A stretch of 64,000 bases of DNA from Eutreptiella sp. 'Long Island Sound 2002' (Eukaryota > Protista > Euglenida). Position 1 is the stretch's first letter. Every line of letters begins with the position of its first letter. Both the position numbers and the translations under genes were made by a program. The stretch is from contig OZ038378.1 in the NCBI GenBank assembly GCA_964036045.1, forward strand, positions 178,870,001 to 178,934,000, read 5' to 3'. Under the pieces are notes generated by a model. The model saw only the letters and a list, made by a program, of their open reading frames with translations, was not told the DNA's origin and ran no database searches. This document shows positions 1-11,600 of this stretch, piece after piece.

Positions 1-225
1 AGGGATCGGCATCGGGGTCAAGAGCGCCGTGAGTGGGAAGCAAAATGGCAACGGCTGTGGACCCCCAGGCTGTACCTGAGCCCAGCAGCTCGAGCCACGC
101 CGCAAACAACACCTGGATGCTGGCCCACCAGAGCCCCATCAGAGAGCCTGGGAACACTGGAAGCGGTTGGAGAAGGCAGTTTTCAGGCCCCCATTCCGCA
201 CCGTTGCCCACTGCCTCATGTGCAG
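1..225 (-). CDS. Tentative downstream exon of the SAM-domain gene, running off the window edge
   Basis: Frame is open from 225 to position 1 (AAHEAVGNGAEWGPENCLL...). The phase-1 entry after ttttgag matches the phase-1 donor at 723, but the GAG acceptor is weak. Confidence 0.3.
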
Positions 226-529
226 CTCAAAAGGCCTAGCGTAGGTTTACGGGATGCGGCAGGGCAAGCGGCTACATAACCACTGCCATCCCCCCCCCCC
301 CCCCGGAGCAAAGAGGCACTGGGAGAAGTATTTTAAACAAGTGTGCAGCAACTGCTCGACTGCCCACAGGTGCTGCTTCTGCCCCTTATCGTCCCTCCGA
401 GGCCGGCGCCGGCATGCTTATAATCAGTCGTTCCCATGCCAGTGAAGTTTGGAGGGTGCTCGGCACCACATCTGATGTGGCAAATGTCACACACAGGTGG
501 GGGGGCTGGGGGCACTGTGGCAATGCCAT

Positions 530-655
530 GTCTCCACAGTCTGGCAGTCCCACAGTGCCACAGCCCCACAGTACCACAGGTGCAGAGCAGTCCCACAGTC
601 CCACAATTTCACACTCCCAGAATTCCACGCCTACATAGTCCCACAGTGCCACACC
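530..655 (+). repeat. Degenerate CCACAGT-based minisatellite in an intron
   Basis: Repeated gtcccacagt/gccacag units visible directly. Confidence 0.7.
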
Positions 656-722
656 TCCGCCCTGGGACTTGGGGGTGGGGATGTTGGATCGTGGCACTAT
701 GGCACTGTGGTTCAGGGCGCAC

Positions 723-957
723 CTGCAAATGTGTCGAGGGGAGGCTTCTTGGCCGGCTCAAAGGTATGGAGGGCAGCCTCGAGTGGGTCCTGGGATATGT
801 CGGAAATATCCGGATTCACGGCGTCCCGCAACAAATGAGGTGCATGGATCCGCAAGTCCTTTTCTCGTAATGCCTGGATCAAGCCCCAGAGCTGGTTCTG
901 GTCTGCAGGGCTGGCGATGTCGAGCTCGTCGCACAAGTCCGAAAACTGCAAATCCAC
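723..957 (-). CDS. SAM-domain protein, exon with the C-terminal half of the SAM domain
   Basis: Acceptor ccttttgcag|GTG and donor GCAG|gtgcgc. Encodes VDLQFSDLCDELDIASPADQNQLWGLIQALREK, which completes the SAM pattern (L..DL..ELgI.....l...I..L). Confidence 0.85.
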
Positions 958-1434
958 CTGCAAAAGGTAGCACCACAGAACTCCAATGGGCGTTGAGGAC
1001 GTTGCGATGCCACGTAGGCCAGAGAAGAATGACAGGGGAGGTGATGTGGGCACGCACAAAAGCGAACCCCGGAGCACTCTACCACAACCCCCAGGTACTC
1101 AGAACAAAGTGTTGGGCTCGTAGCACTGGCCGACCAGAGACTGCTGTTGGTAACAGACCACCGGCGTTGGTTGTCCATCATCCGCTGTCGTCGATTGACC
1201 GTCAATCTCCGTCGGTCGGTTCACCAGAATCCTGCCATGCAAAACCTCAGCTGTCTTACGATAATCCTCGGAGGATAGGAGGCACCTCTGACATTCCCCA
1301 GCCCACCGTCCCCCTCCCCCACTCAGCACAATTGCAAAACAGCATGCGCCATTCCCTTTTGTTCTGTTGCTGCACCCCCGTTTGTTGGTCAACACCATCG
1401 ATATGGCAAGCTCCACGGCGCGCACAATGCATAC

Positions 1435-1533
1435 CAACGCTCGTCCGTCCACTTGCTGCTCACGGAATATCGTCGCGTAGTTGCCCATGCCCTCTTGCGT
1501 GATCCACTTGCATACGTGCTCGGTGGTCCACTC
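1435..1533 (-). CDS. SAM-domain protein, exon with the N-terminal half of the SAM domain
   Basis: cag|GAG...TTG|gtatgc, 99 bp, phase 0/0. EWTTEHVCKWITQEGMGNYATIFREQQVDGRAL fits the SAM motif W..e.V..Wl...G+..Y...F....vDG.aL. Confidence 0.88.
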
Positions 1534-1723
1534 CTGACATGCGGTGGAAGATTGCATGTGGTAAGGGCGCTCAAGGCTTCTCCCACGGGGCAGGGTACAT
1601 ATGCACCAAAATTCTGCTTCCGTGGATAATGTTCAATGAGGCGAAACGCCCAATAAACAGGTGTTGAGTGTTGAGCTGATGGAGGTCTGGGCCCTAGGCA
1701 CGACGAAGGCCACCGGCACTTAC

Positions 1724-1773
1724 TGTGTCGCCATCGACAAATGTGCTCGCGGATGCAACAAAACATGTGTTCT
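1724..1773 (-). CDS. SAM-domain gene, 50-bp exon
   Basis: tctcacag| acceptor and |gtaagt donor. Phase 1 in and phase 0 out chains with both neighbours (NTCFVASASTFVDGDT). Confidence 0.65.
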
Positions 1774-1914
1774 CTGTGAGATTAATACCTCCAGTCACAA
1801 AATCTTAAGAGCAACTTTGGGGACTGATTTCCATCCAAGCATCATGAACACCTCCCAAACATCATTTGACAATAAGTGACGGGAACGAACACGAAGTGCA
1901 AAGGATCCGTTTAC

Positions 1915-2081
1915 TTGTGGGCCCAAGTATAACTGCTGCCATTAATTGTGGCGGACACCTCTCTTCAGTCTCCGTGTCAGAACACAGTGCCTTGGTAAAA
2001 GTTTCCTGTTCAGGGGTCAGACTCCGGATTTCAGTGTTCAGACTTGTCCGTGTCTCGTGGCCGTTACTGTGGCATGCATCG
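1915..2081 (-). CDS. SAM-domain gene, internal exon
   Basis: caatag|C...A|gtaaac, phase 2 to 1, open frame DACHSNGHETRTSLNTEIRSLTPEQETF... Confidence 0.6.
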
Positions 2082-2289
2082 CTATTGACGAGTGCTCCCC
2101 GTGCGCTCACTCGCCACCAGCAACAATGCAATGACGGTGGGCAATGCGTCTGCCAAGGGCCAAACCAGGGGAAAGGTCGGGTATGCGGTATGCAGCATCG
2201 CAAGAGGGTCGAATGTGAGAACTCCTGTGCAGAGTGCCCAAACCAGGTGCTTCAGTGTTTTCATGTATTGGCTGCTGCAACTGACATAC

Positions 2290-2372
2290 CTTAAGAGGAA
2301 GGGCACTTGAGAGAGGAGGCATTTGTGGTGTGCTTTTCCACTGACACCGCGCGAAGAGGGTGAGAAAAGACC
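2290..2372 (-). CDS. SAM-domain gene, internal exon
   Basis: cctttgttgccag|GGT...TTAAG|gtatgt, phase 0 to 2, matches the phase-2 acceptor at 2081. Confidence 0.55.
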
Positions 2373-5300
2373 CTGGCAACAAAGGCGGACAATGAGGGTC
2401 TCTGAACCCATAACCCATTGGCTTGCTGGTTGCCATGATATCTTCAAGCTACTCCCAACCCCCGCCGGAGTGCACCCCAGCTTCCACATGCCACGCTCTA
2501 CACAGCTGCTCAGACAGCACTGTGCAACCTACACAGGCAATGCACTTTGCACCCTCCTCAAAGCTACGCACCCCTCGGGCCAAATTTGGAGGGAGGAATG
2601 GGGCAGGGGGTTAGGTGCAACTTGTGGACAGCACAAAACTCCAACATCACATTGGAGGAGCATTCGCCCGGTGTGCTACTTTTGTACCAAGTATCCCGAC
2701 TTTAGCTCAAGCTTTTCCTTCCCGTAGAGAAGCTTTACCTTCCCCATAGAGAAGCCCCCAAAGCAGATCAGAATCAATCCCAAGCTACCAAGTGCTTCTT
2801 CTTCGAAATGGGAAGCGGATCAACAGAGCCCTATGGCCTCAAAAGGGGAGGTGTTGGGACTTAAGAATGCAAATCAAACATCATCTTACCCACACATGTG
2901 TGGCAACGATGACATGTCTAGGTCACAAGGGGAGTCCTTGCGCTGCGCACTACTTTGAAGGCATACCAAAGGTTGTCCTCCTGCTTTCAGGCTCATTCTC
3001 GCTCTCTGCTACATCCACATGTGACCTTCCAATATCCAGCCTTTGAGCCAAAAGCTGCATGGTGGTGGTCTGGGCCATGGCACCAAGTTGGAAGGTGCAG
3101 TCAGAAATCTGCGCACTTTTCGGGGGAGGGGGGGGGGGGGGGCAAAACAGCCTTTGTGAGCCTGAACCGCTAAACGACAACACATGGTAGCAAGTTCTTA
3201 GCAAAACAGTTTGGAGATGTGCTTGTTGTTGCTTGCTGTTTGCTTGTTGCCTATTCAAGTGTGTTCACTTAGCTCAATGCAATCGGGCATTCCTTAAGGA
3301 AACAGAAGTGCCGAGCTTACCAACTAATGCTTGCCCCACCACTCTTATTGAAGGAGTGCCGTTGATTTGCACACGAGCAAAAGGTTGCCGGATTCACCAT
3401 CCTTTAGAGGGTGCCTCGCATGTGGTGCACAAAAATGGAGTGAACACCAGAAATAGTGGCCAATTGCTGTGTTTGGGTAGAAATAACAATGACTTGGTCT
3501 AGAGGCAATTGTGTGTGGTGTGTTTGTGGGTTGCAGGGGACATTTTACATTTGAAAGTATTGATGCCACTATGTTTGCCTCTGTTGTATTCCAAGGGCAT
3601 TTGGCAATGAATGCTGGATGCAGCCCTCTTGAAGCCGGGGCATGATGTCTTTTATCTGAGAGGCACTGAGCATGTGCTTGCCACTAATGTAGGCCTCTTG
3701 TCCTTCCCCAAGGGTATGGCTATCACATATAAGTGCTTTGGCCATACCCAGCTGTACCGGGATTACCTAGTGTAGCATCTCACATTTCTTATTGCCCGTG
3801 CAGATTCCCTTGCCTTAGAGCCTTGTGCCTCCCCACCACCTCGCGCCTCCACTGTGTTTGTGGTAGTTGCAGCACATGCTCATACAATGACCTCATTTTT
3901 GGGGGTGTTGAAATCTGTTTTTTACACAGCCATCTGAATGGGCTTTTTTGCACCATGCTTTCAATTGCCTACTGGGCAGCTTGGTTTGCAATTTTTGGAG
4001 AGGGTGGGGAGGTGAGCACATTTTTTATCATGCGGAAGGCAAGGTCACGTGTACGGTCAAGGTTTGTGCAAGAGGACTGCCTATGGGCCAAATGAAAACA
4101 CATTGCTTTAACTAGTGTGGTAGTCTCGTGATGACTAGGAGATGTTTTACCACATGGATGAATGACAATAGAGTACATAAAAGGTACATGTCACCAAGTA
4201 GTCATTGGGGCAGAGTAGAAGAATACTATGAAATTCCTCTCGTCTAGTTTCCACGTGTACTGAGAAGGAGGCACATGTCCTTCCCAGATCAAAACATGGG
4301 TGATGGCTAGGAAGAGTTGTTGATCACTAGCATTTGTAACACAGCTCATCTACATACCAATCTAAGTCTGACCCAAACCACCTAGACAAGCCTTCCGGTT
4401 CCCTGCATACTTTAGGGAAGCAAATGTTCGTTGATCTCATTTTTGTTTCCCATTTTCTCTTTCCCAGTATCGCCGAGGCTGCAGGTTGGAGCACATGGAC
4501 ACATTTGAAACCTAACAAGACTGCTCCAATTCCTTTTACAAAAAGAAAGGAAAAAGGAAAGGAAGGCTTGTGTCCTTTGCAGTACTTTTGCTTGACAAGT
4601 GCACAAACCCAACCTGTTTTTAGCGATTTTGTCCATTTTCCCTTCCAAATATTGACTTTGGACGATAGCAAATTTTTGTGTATGCATTGCCACTCCCTCT
4701 GTCCGAGTTGAAAGCCCTCCGCTTGTGCTTAAATATCCATGGAAGCACCTTGAGCGTTGTGCGTGCACAACACAACTATTTGGCTGTTTGGGTAAATCAA
4801 GGACTTTTAGTCGATGCCACTAGTTCAACAAAGTAGTGATGTGATCATGGCATCGCCCACTACCACTTGAAGATGGTTGCACATGTGAAGTTATATGTTT
4901 TTGTTGTCCTCTCGAGGGTCACCGCGTGAGAAGGTTGGATACCCATAATCCACACTCATTTGGGGTGGTCCCAATATGGCATTGGATGTAACCACAACTC
5001 ACGCTCTGCTTGAAAGTGGCCTGGGGATAGTAGTGTTTTTTTTTTTTGCGAGCAATCCACTTTGTCCCCTAGGATGGCAAGGGCCATGTAGCCATGTCAG
5101 TCCTCTCCACTTTGGAGGGATCTACATATTTTGCCTTGACATACATGGTTTCTATTGGGCGCCATGTTGAGCACTTGTTTGCATGCCTTTGGCATTTAGG
5201 CCTTGTCGGGAACATACGGAGGGGAACTGGAAAAGGTGGGGAACATAAGGGCGTAACTGGTTTCTGACAGGTTGGTGATTGGGGGGGGGGTCCAATTTGG

Positions 5301-8300
5301 AGGCGGTCTAGGACAAAGCATTCCAACCATGAGGGAGAACGTGTTCCTATGGTCCATAAGGGGCTCAGACTAAAATTGAAACTGAAATGGCTACCTTCTC
5401 AGGGTCTCCCACATGGAGAGGAATAACATTGGCCGGTTCACCCCAATAGCACCAGGGGGGTAAATGAACACAATCAAACCAAGCACCCTCTCAAGTTCCC
5501 CAAAGTAGAGAAGAATCAAACCAGCTACAACACCCCTACCTCCTTGAGGTTCCTAGAGTGGGGAGGAATCACAATGGCTGCTTGGGATGGTGTTGGTCAA
5601 GCGCCTTTCTACCAAAAAAAGATGGCTGTTGCACACACAGTGCGCGATGTTGCACACACAGTGCGCACCTAGCATACGGACGTTCCCTCAAAACAATTAC
5701 ACTTACACTTACTCATTACAAGGAATTCAGTGTGGGATGCTGCCAAATCATTGCAAGCAACTCAGCTTCCATGCAACATGATGGGAGATATGGTTTACGT
5801 GGTGACATGGTGAATGTAATGAAAGTTATTGTGCTGAGTGTATTCACCCACACACTTGTGGGGACAAAACTGTTTATTAGGCACAATACATGTCACATGT
5901 GTTGAGCAATTGGAATTCACAGCTGTGGTCTTATGTTGTACTTTGCATGTGCCCATGAAGCTTGTTTCATCCTTAAACCCCAGGGTATGTCTGAAAAGTG
6001 CCCCTCAAGCTGAGTCAAAAACCGAAAAACAGCCCCAAGCAAGAATGGGCCGTGTCTTGGGCTACAGGGCTCCAAACACATTTCTGAACGCACTTGGTCC
6101 AGCTACAGCCTCCCACTGTTTGTGTTTTTCAACCTCTCAGAATGGCCCAAATGGACGCCTAGACCATTGTGCCACTGCGCACCTGGAGATGGCGAGTGTG
6201 CGCGTGGGGCTGACGTAGCCCAATTGGTCCAAAATGGTTTTCCCCAATATTCTTTTGGGACCCCTGCCACCGCCAGTAGCCCAATTTGGCCCAATTAGGC
6301 CCACCTGATGGCAAAAAAAACCAACAACTGAAAATGAGCCATTTTAGATCCAAAAATGTGTTGAAATGGGACCTTGAAGATGACTTTAGACTACTGCAAC
6401 AAGCCATTGTGGAACAAGAAAAAGGTCAAAAACGCGTTCTTCCAACAATTATCTTGAGCCACCTGCGACACTCCACTGGGTAACGTTCCGCCATTTTGAG
6501 ACAGTTTTGACACCCTTTGATGCACAAAAAGCTCCTCAGGGAGGGCAAAGAGGTCTCGGGAGAGCTAGATGACGAGCAAGTAGGTATCCATGGAAAGGAG
6601 CCATGTGATGCTGGGCACAAGACTTCAGATGAGAGGATATTGCATATATAAAAATAAAAGGTCATTCAAAGCGGTTACAAGTAATTTTGAGCAGGCGGGC
6701 GCGTTTACAAAGGGAGGAGACTGCCCCCTTGCTCACCGAAAAGGGTTACTGTTCCTGGGGCATGGCACCGACCACCCCCATCGCCATCACAGCAATCGCA
6801 GTGCCGCAGGACAATTGCATGTTTTGGAGGCCAGCTCCACTGACAATGGCGTCTCCGCTTCTGTTGCCTCCGATATTGGCGCATGTGCCACCCTCTTCCA
6901 TTCCCCCCTCCCCATAAACCTCCCTGTCCCTCCCTTTCCCTCCATTTGGTTAGCCACCCACAAAAAGGTCAGAAGGCGGTGAGACTGGAACAAAGTGCGG
7001 TGTCCATGGGTACTTCCATTGGGCACTGAAGTTCTGGGCACCCCCAGGGGTCTGTAGTTATCGCACTGCACCAGGGGCAGAGGGTGAACCACAAATGTCA
7101 GGAACAGGGGCAAGGGAACGAATCTGGTGCAATGCACTTGTTTGAGGGGGAAACCCTCCACTGTCGATGGGTGATGCTGTGCAACACACAGCTCAGAGGC
7201 TGCTCATGAGGCATGGGACAGGGTTTCCTGTAAATGCCGACATGACCAGGGGGGTGCCATAAAGGCTGAGTAGGGTTGCCACTCGGTACCTCCAGGTGCA
7301 TAACAGGGAGTTTGACCAATAAGTGACACACAGGGTCAATTGATCAATGTTCTTGGGGCTGTCATGAGAAAGGGGGGGTGGGGGGCAGCAATTATTTCAA
7401 AAGCACCTCGGAGAGGCTGTTAGATCAAAACCACACATGCCCCCATGTATGGGAAACACCATACTCCCTGTTTTGGACAGCCCTTCCATGGGCTTGTATG
7501 TGCTCCCATTGTCACGAAATGATGCCTCAAGCACAGCCCAAGGCCACCTAGCGATTCTTGGCCCAAGAACTGCAATTTTTCAGCCAACCTATGGCAGCTT
7601 GCAAATGGCTAAGTCCTCATTGGTGGGCCCCACAGGAGGATGATTGGGGCTACGTGGAGATAGAACTTGGGACTGCCATTGTCAGGTGGTCCAATTAGAC
7701 GAGAGGAGCTGAATGGGACTTGAGCTTGGATCAATGCATTGCAGGCTATAATAGGCCAACTAAGTCTTCCCACCACAGTGCAAAACAACCCAAAACAGCC
7801 CTCTTAGGGGCCAGTGGGCATCACTCGGGGGGCCTAATTGGTGTTACGTGGCTCCCAATGGGCTTGTGTATACTTCCAGTTTCGCCAAATGATGACAACA
7901 AAACTGCTACATCGCCCGTGCCATCTTGGCGCCGAGGACGGGGAAACAACAAAATGGCTACATAGCCCCCAGCGCCTTGGGGTCACCAAAAGAGGGGGTT
8001 GGGGGGAGGGGCACAATGGCTCATTACCCTCTGCCGTTTTGGGTTCCCACCCTTGGAATGATCACCAAATGGCAACCCCGAATATCTTGAGGGGCCAGAG
8101 CAAGGAGAAAAGCAAACAACGGTGACATAACCCCTACCATCCAGGGTCCCCGAAGAGGGGAGCAATGAAAATGGCTGCATTCCCTCTACCATCTTGCAAA
8201 TACAACAAAAGAGCCATTCTATGACCAAACGCCAATCAAAAAAAGTGGAAATGCAAAGCAAAACACAAAAGCCTTATTCCCCCCTATGCCGCTATGTTGG

Positions 8301-8633
8301 GGAGCTTCACCCAAAACGGGGCAGAGACTTGAGGGCCGAAGAGAAGGGAAGGGGCGGGGCTTGTGGGAGGTGGGGCGCATCCACAGAGGAGAAGCTGGTG
8401 TTTCCATCTGGTTCACTTGCAGGCACAATTCCAAGTCAGGATAGATATGCCTGCAGAACATGGTTGGGGGGTTTTGTTTTGACCGACACTGGCTCCTGGG
8501 CTTTGGGCTTTGGGCTTACCTTCCCGAATCCGAAGAGGGCCTTAGGGGCCCACGGAGTGCCGCATTGGGGAAGCTCGGCTCCGGCGCACCACACTCACCC
8601 TTTGGCCATGCAGCCAGCGGGCGGGGCACACGC

Positions 8634-11600
8634 CTCCTCCTCTAGTATTGTCGCACGTGCATTGAGTGCGGCCGTATCCCTGGCGTGTTCGCGTTGTGCT
8701 TTGTACTGGGGCAGGGGTAGGGGGGAGGGAGGTCCACCTGTGCGGGGCACCGTCGGGGCTCCCGCTCCCCTGGTTCTGTGAGTTGAAGCACCTGCAGATG
8801 TGCTGCGGGGGGCAGGAGGGGAGGGGTCACGAAGATACAGTACTGGCCATACAGTATACATTATTGCACTGGTAGGTAGGTAGGTAGGTAATACTAGCAG
8901 GCAAATACAGTTACGTGTAGTACGGCCACCTATACTGTATTTCCTGTGTGTGGCTGTGCCTGGGGGTAGGGGCAGGGGCAGGGGCAGGGGGGAGGGAGGT
9001 CCACCTGTGCGGGGCACCGTCGGGGCTCCCGCTCCCCTGGTTCTGTGAGTGGAAGTACCTGCAGATGTGCAGCGGGGGTAGAAGGGGAGGGGTCACGGAG
9101 ATACAGTACTGGCAATACAATATACACTTTTGCACTGGTTGGTAGGTAGGTAATACTAGCAGGCAAATACAGTTACGTGTAGTACGGCCACCTATACTGT
9201 ATTTCCTGTGTGTGGCTGTGCCTGGGGGTAGGGGCAGGGGCAGGGGCAGGGGGGAGGGAGGTCCACCTGTGCGGGGCACCGTCGGGGCTCCCGCTCCCCT
9301 GGTTCTGTGAGTGGAAGTACCTGCAGATGTGCCGCGGGGGTAGAAGGGGAGGGGTCACGGAGATACAGTACTGGCAATACAAGATACACTTTTGCACTGG
9401 TTGGTAGGTAGGTAATACTAGCAGGCAAATACAGTTACGTGTAGTACAGCTACCTATACTGTATTACCTAAGTTGGGGGCACGAGGGGAAGGAAGGGATT
9501 CGAACCCGCAACTGCCACTCAGCAGCTCATGGGGTTGACCGCTCGACCACTCGGCCGGCGGTGTAATGGGGCGGGTTGTGGGGGGGGGGGGGGGGGGAGC
9601 GCAGCCGTGGGATCGCCCACCGGCGCTGCAGGGGAAGAGAGGGGGGGTGGATTGCAGCCGTGGGATCGCCCACAGGCGCCGCAGGAGAGGGGGGAAGGTG
9701 GAGCGCAGCCGTGGGATCGCCCATTGGCGCTCCCGGGGGAGGGTGGAGGGTAGGAGGGCAGCCGTGGGACGGCCCACTGGCGCTGCCAAGGAAGGGAGGT
9801 GTGTGAGGGGCAGGGTAAAGGTAAAGGTAAGTTGCTCGGGCGATCTCCGAACTCCAGCGTATCAGTGATCCCTACCTGTCCCTCGCAGCATCCCTTCCGG
9901 CTCGCGGGGTCACCGACACCTTAGCGCCTAGGACACTGCGTTCCTCCCCCACCGGGGTTCGAACCGACGCTGCATCCCTTCCGGCTCGCGGGGTCACCGA
10001 CACCCTAGCGCCTTGGATATTGCGTTTGGACTCCACCGGGATTCGAACCGAGCACCTTTAGTTCAGGCGTCACGTGCATGACCGCTGAACTACGAGACCT
10101 TCTCGTGTGAGGGGCAGGGGCAGGGGGGCAGGGGGCAGGGGGGAGGACCACCTGTGCGGGGCACCTTTAGGGTTCCCGCTCCCTTTGACACATGAAGTGA
10201 CGCACCTGCAGACGTGCAGCAGACGGTGGGAGGGGAGGGGACACGGGGATACAGTACTGGCTATGCAATACACACCATTGTGCAGGTAGACAGGTAGGTA
10301 ATACTAGCAGGCAAATAATAAAAAGTCAGTAGTCCCTTGGTTCAGGGGGGTGAGTGAGGGCCCCGCCAGATCGCTGGCTGCCTAGCCCGGGGTGAGTGAG
10401 GGCTCCGCCAGACTGCTAGCTGTCGAGCCTGGGGGTAGGGGCAGGGGCAGGGGCAGGGGGGAGGGAGGTCCACCTGTGCGGGGCACCGTCGGGGCTCCCG
10501 CTCCCCTGGTTCTGTGAGTGGAAGTACCTGCAGATGTGCAGCGGGGGTAGAAGGGGAGGGGTCACGGAGATACAGCACTGGCAATACTATATACACTATT
10601 GCACTGGTTGGTAGGTAGGTAATACTAGCAGGCAAAATACAGTTACGTGTAGTACAGCTACCTATACTGTATTACCTATGTTGGGGGCACGAGGGGAAGG
10701 AAGGGATTCGAACCCGCAACTGCCACTCAGCAGCTCATGGGGTTGACCGCTCGACCACTCGGCCGGCGGTGTAATGGGGCGGGTTGTGGGGGCGAGGGGA
10801 GGATTGCAGCCGTGGGATCGCCCACCGGCGCTGCAGGGGGAGAGAGGGGGATGGAGTGCAGCCGTGGGATCGCCCACAGGCGCTGCTTGGGAAGAAGGGG
10901 GGGTGGATTGCAGCCGTGGGATCGCCCACAGGCGCCGCAGGAGAGGGGGGAAGGTGGAGCGCAGCCGTGGGATCGCCCATTGGCGCTCCCGGGGGAGGGT
11001 GGAGGGTAGGAGGGCAGCCGTGGGACGGCCCACTGGCGCTGCCAAGGAAGGGAGGTGTGTGAGGGGCAGGGGCAGGGGGGCAGGGGGCAGGGGGGAGGAC
11101 CACCTGTGCGGGTCACCTTTAGGGTTCCCGCTCCTCTTGTCACGTGAGGTGACGCACCTGCAGACGTGCAGCAGACGGTGGGAGGGGAGGGGACACGGGG
11201 ATACAGTACTGGCTATGCAATACACACCATTGTGCAGGTAGACAGGTAGGTAATACTAGCAGGCAAATAATAAAAAGTCAGTAGTCCCTTGGTTCAGGGG
11301 GGTGAGTGAGGGCCCCGCCAGATCGCTGGCTGCCTAGCCCGGGGTGAGTGAGGGCTCCGCCAGACTGCTAGCTGTCGAGCCTGGGGGTAGGGGCAGGGGC
11401 AGGGGCAGGGGGGAGGGAGGTCCACCTGTGCGGGGCACCGTCGGGGCTCCCGCTCCCCTGGTTCTGTGAGTGGAAGTACCTGCAGATGTGCAGCGGGGGT
11501 AGGAGGGGAGGGGTCACGGAGATACAGTACTGGCAATACAATATACACTATTGCACTGGTAGGCAGGTAGGTAATACTAGCAGGCAAAATACAGTTACGT

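Noticed and set aside
6960-7330. DNYRPLGV on the minus strand, similar to the LINE RT NYRPI motif
   Set aside because: Single short motif with no supporting RT motifs nearby.
9601-9790. Repeat-spacer-like appearance of gcagccgtgggatcgccca units (CRISPR-like)
   Set aside because: The spacers are homologous purine-rich variants, the context is eukaryotic, and no cas genes are present; it is a minisatellite.
9885-9990. GCGAGCCGGAAGGGATGCAGC (minus strand) in the SINE body resembles SRP RNA helix 8 (CCGGAAGG..GCAGC)
   Set aside because: Only a short motif matches; there is no Alu domain or other SRP helices, and it lies in a duplicated SINE segment. An Infernal search with SRP models would be needed.
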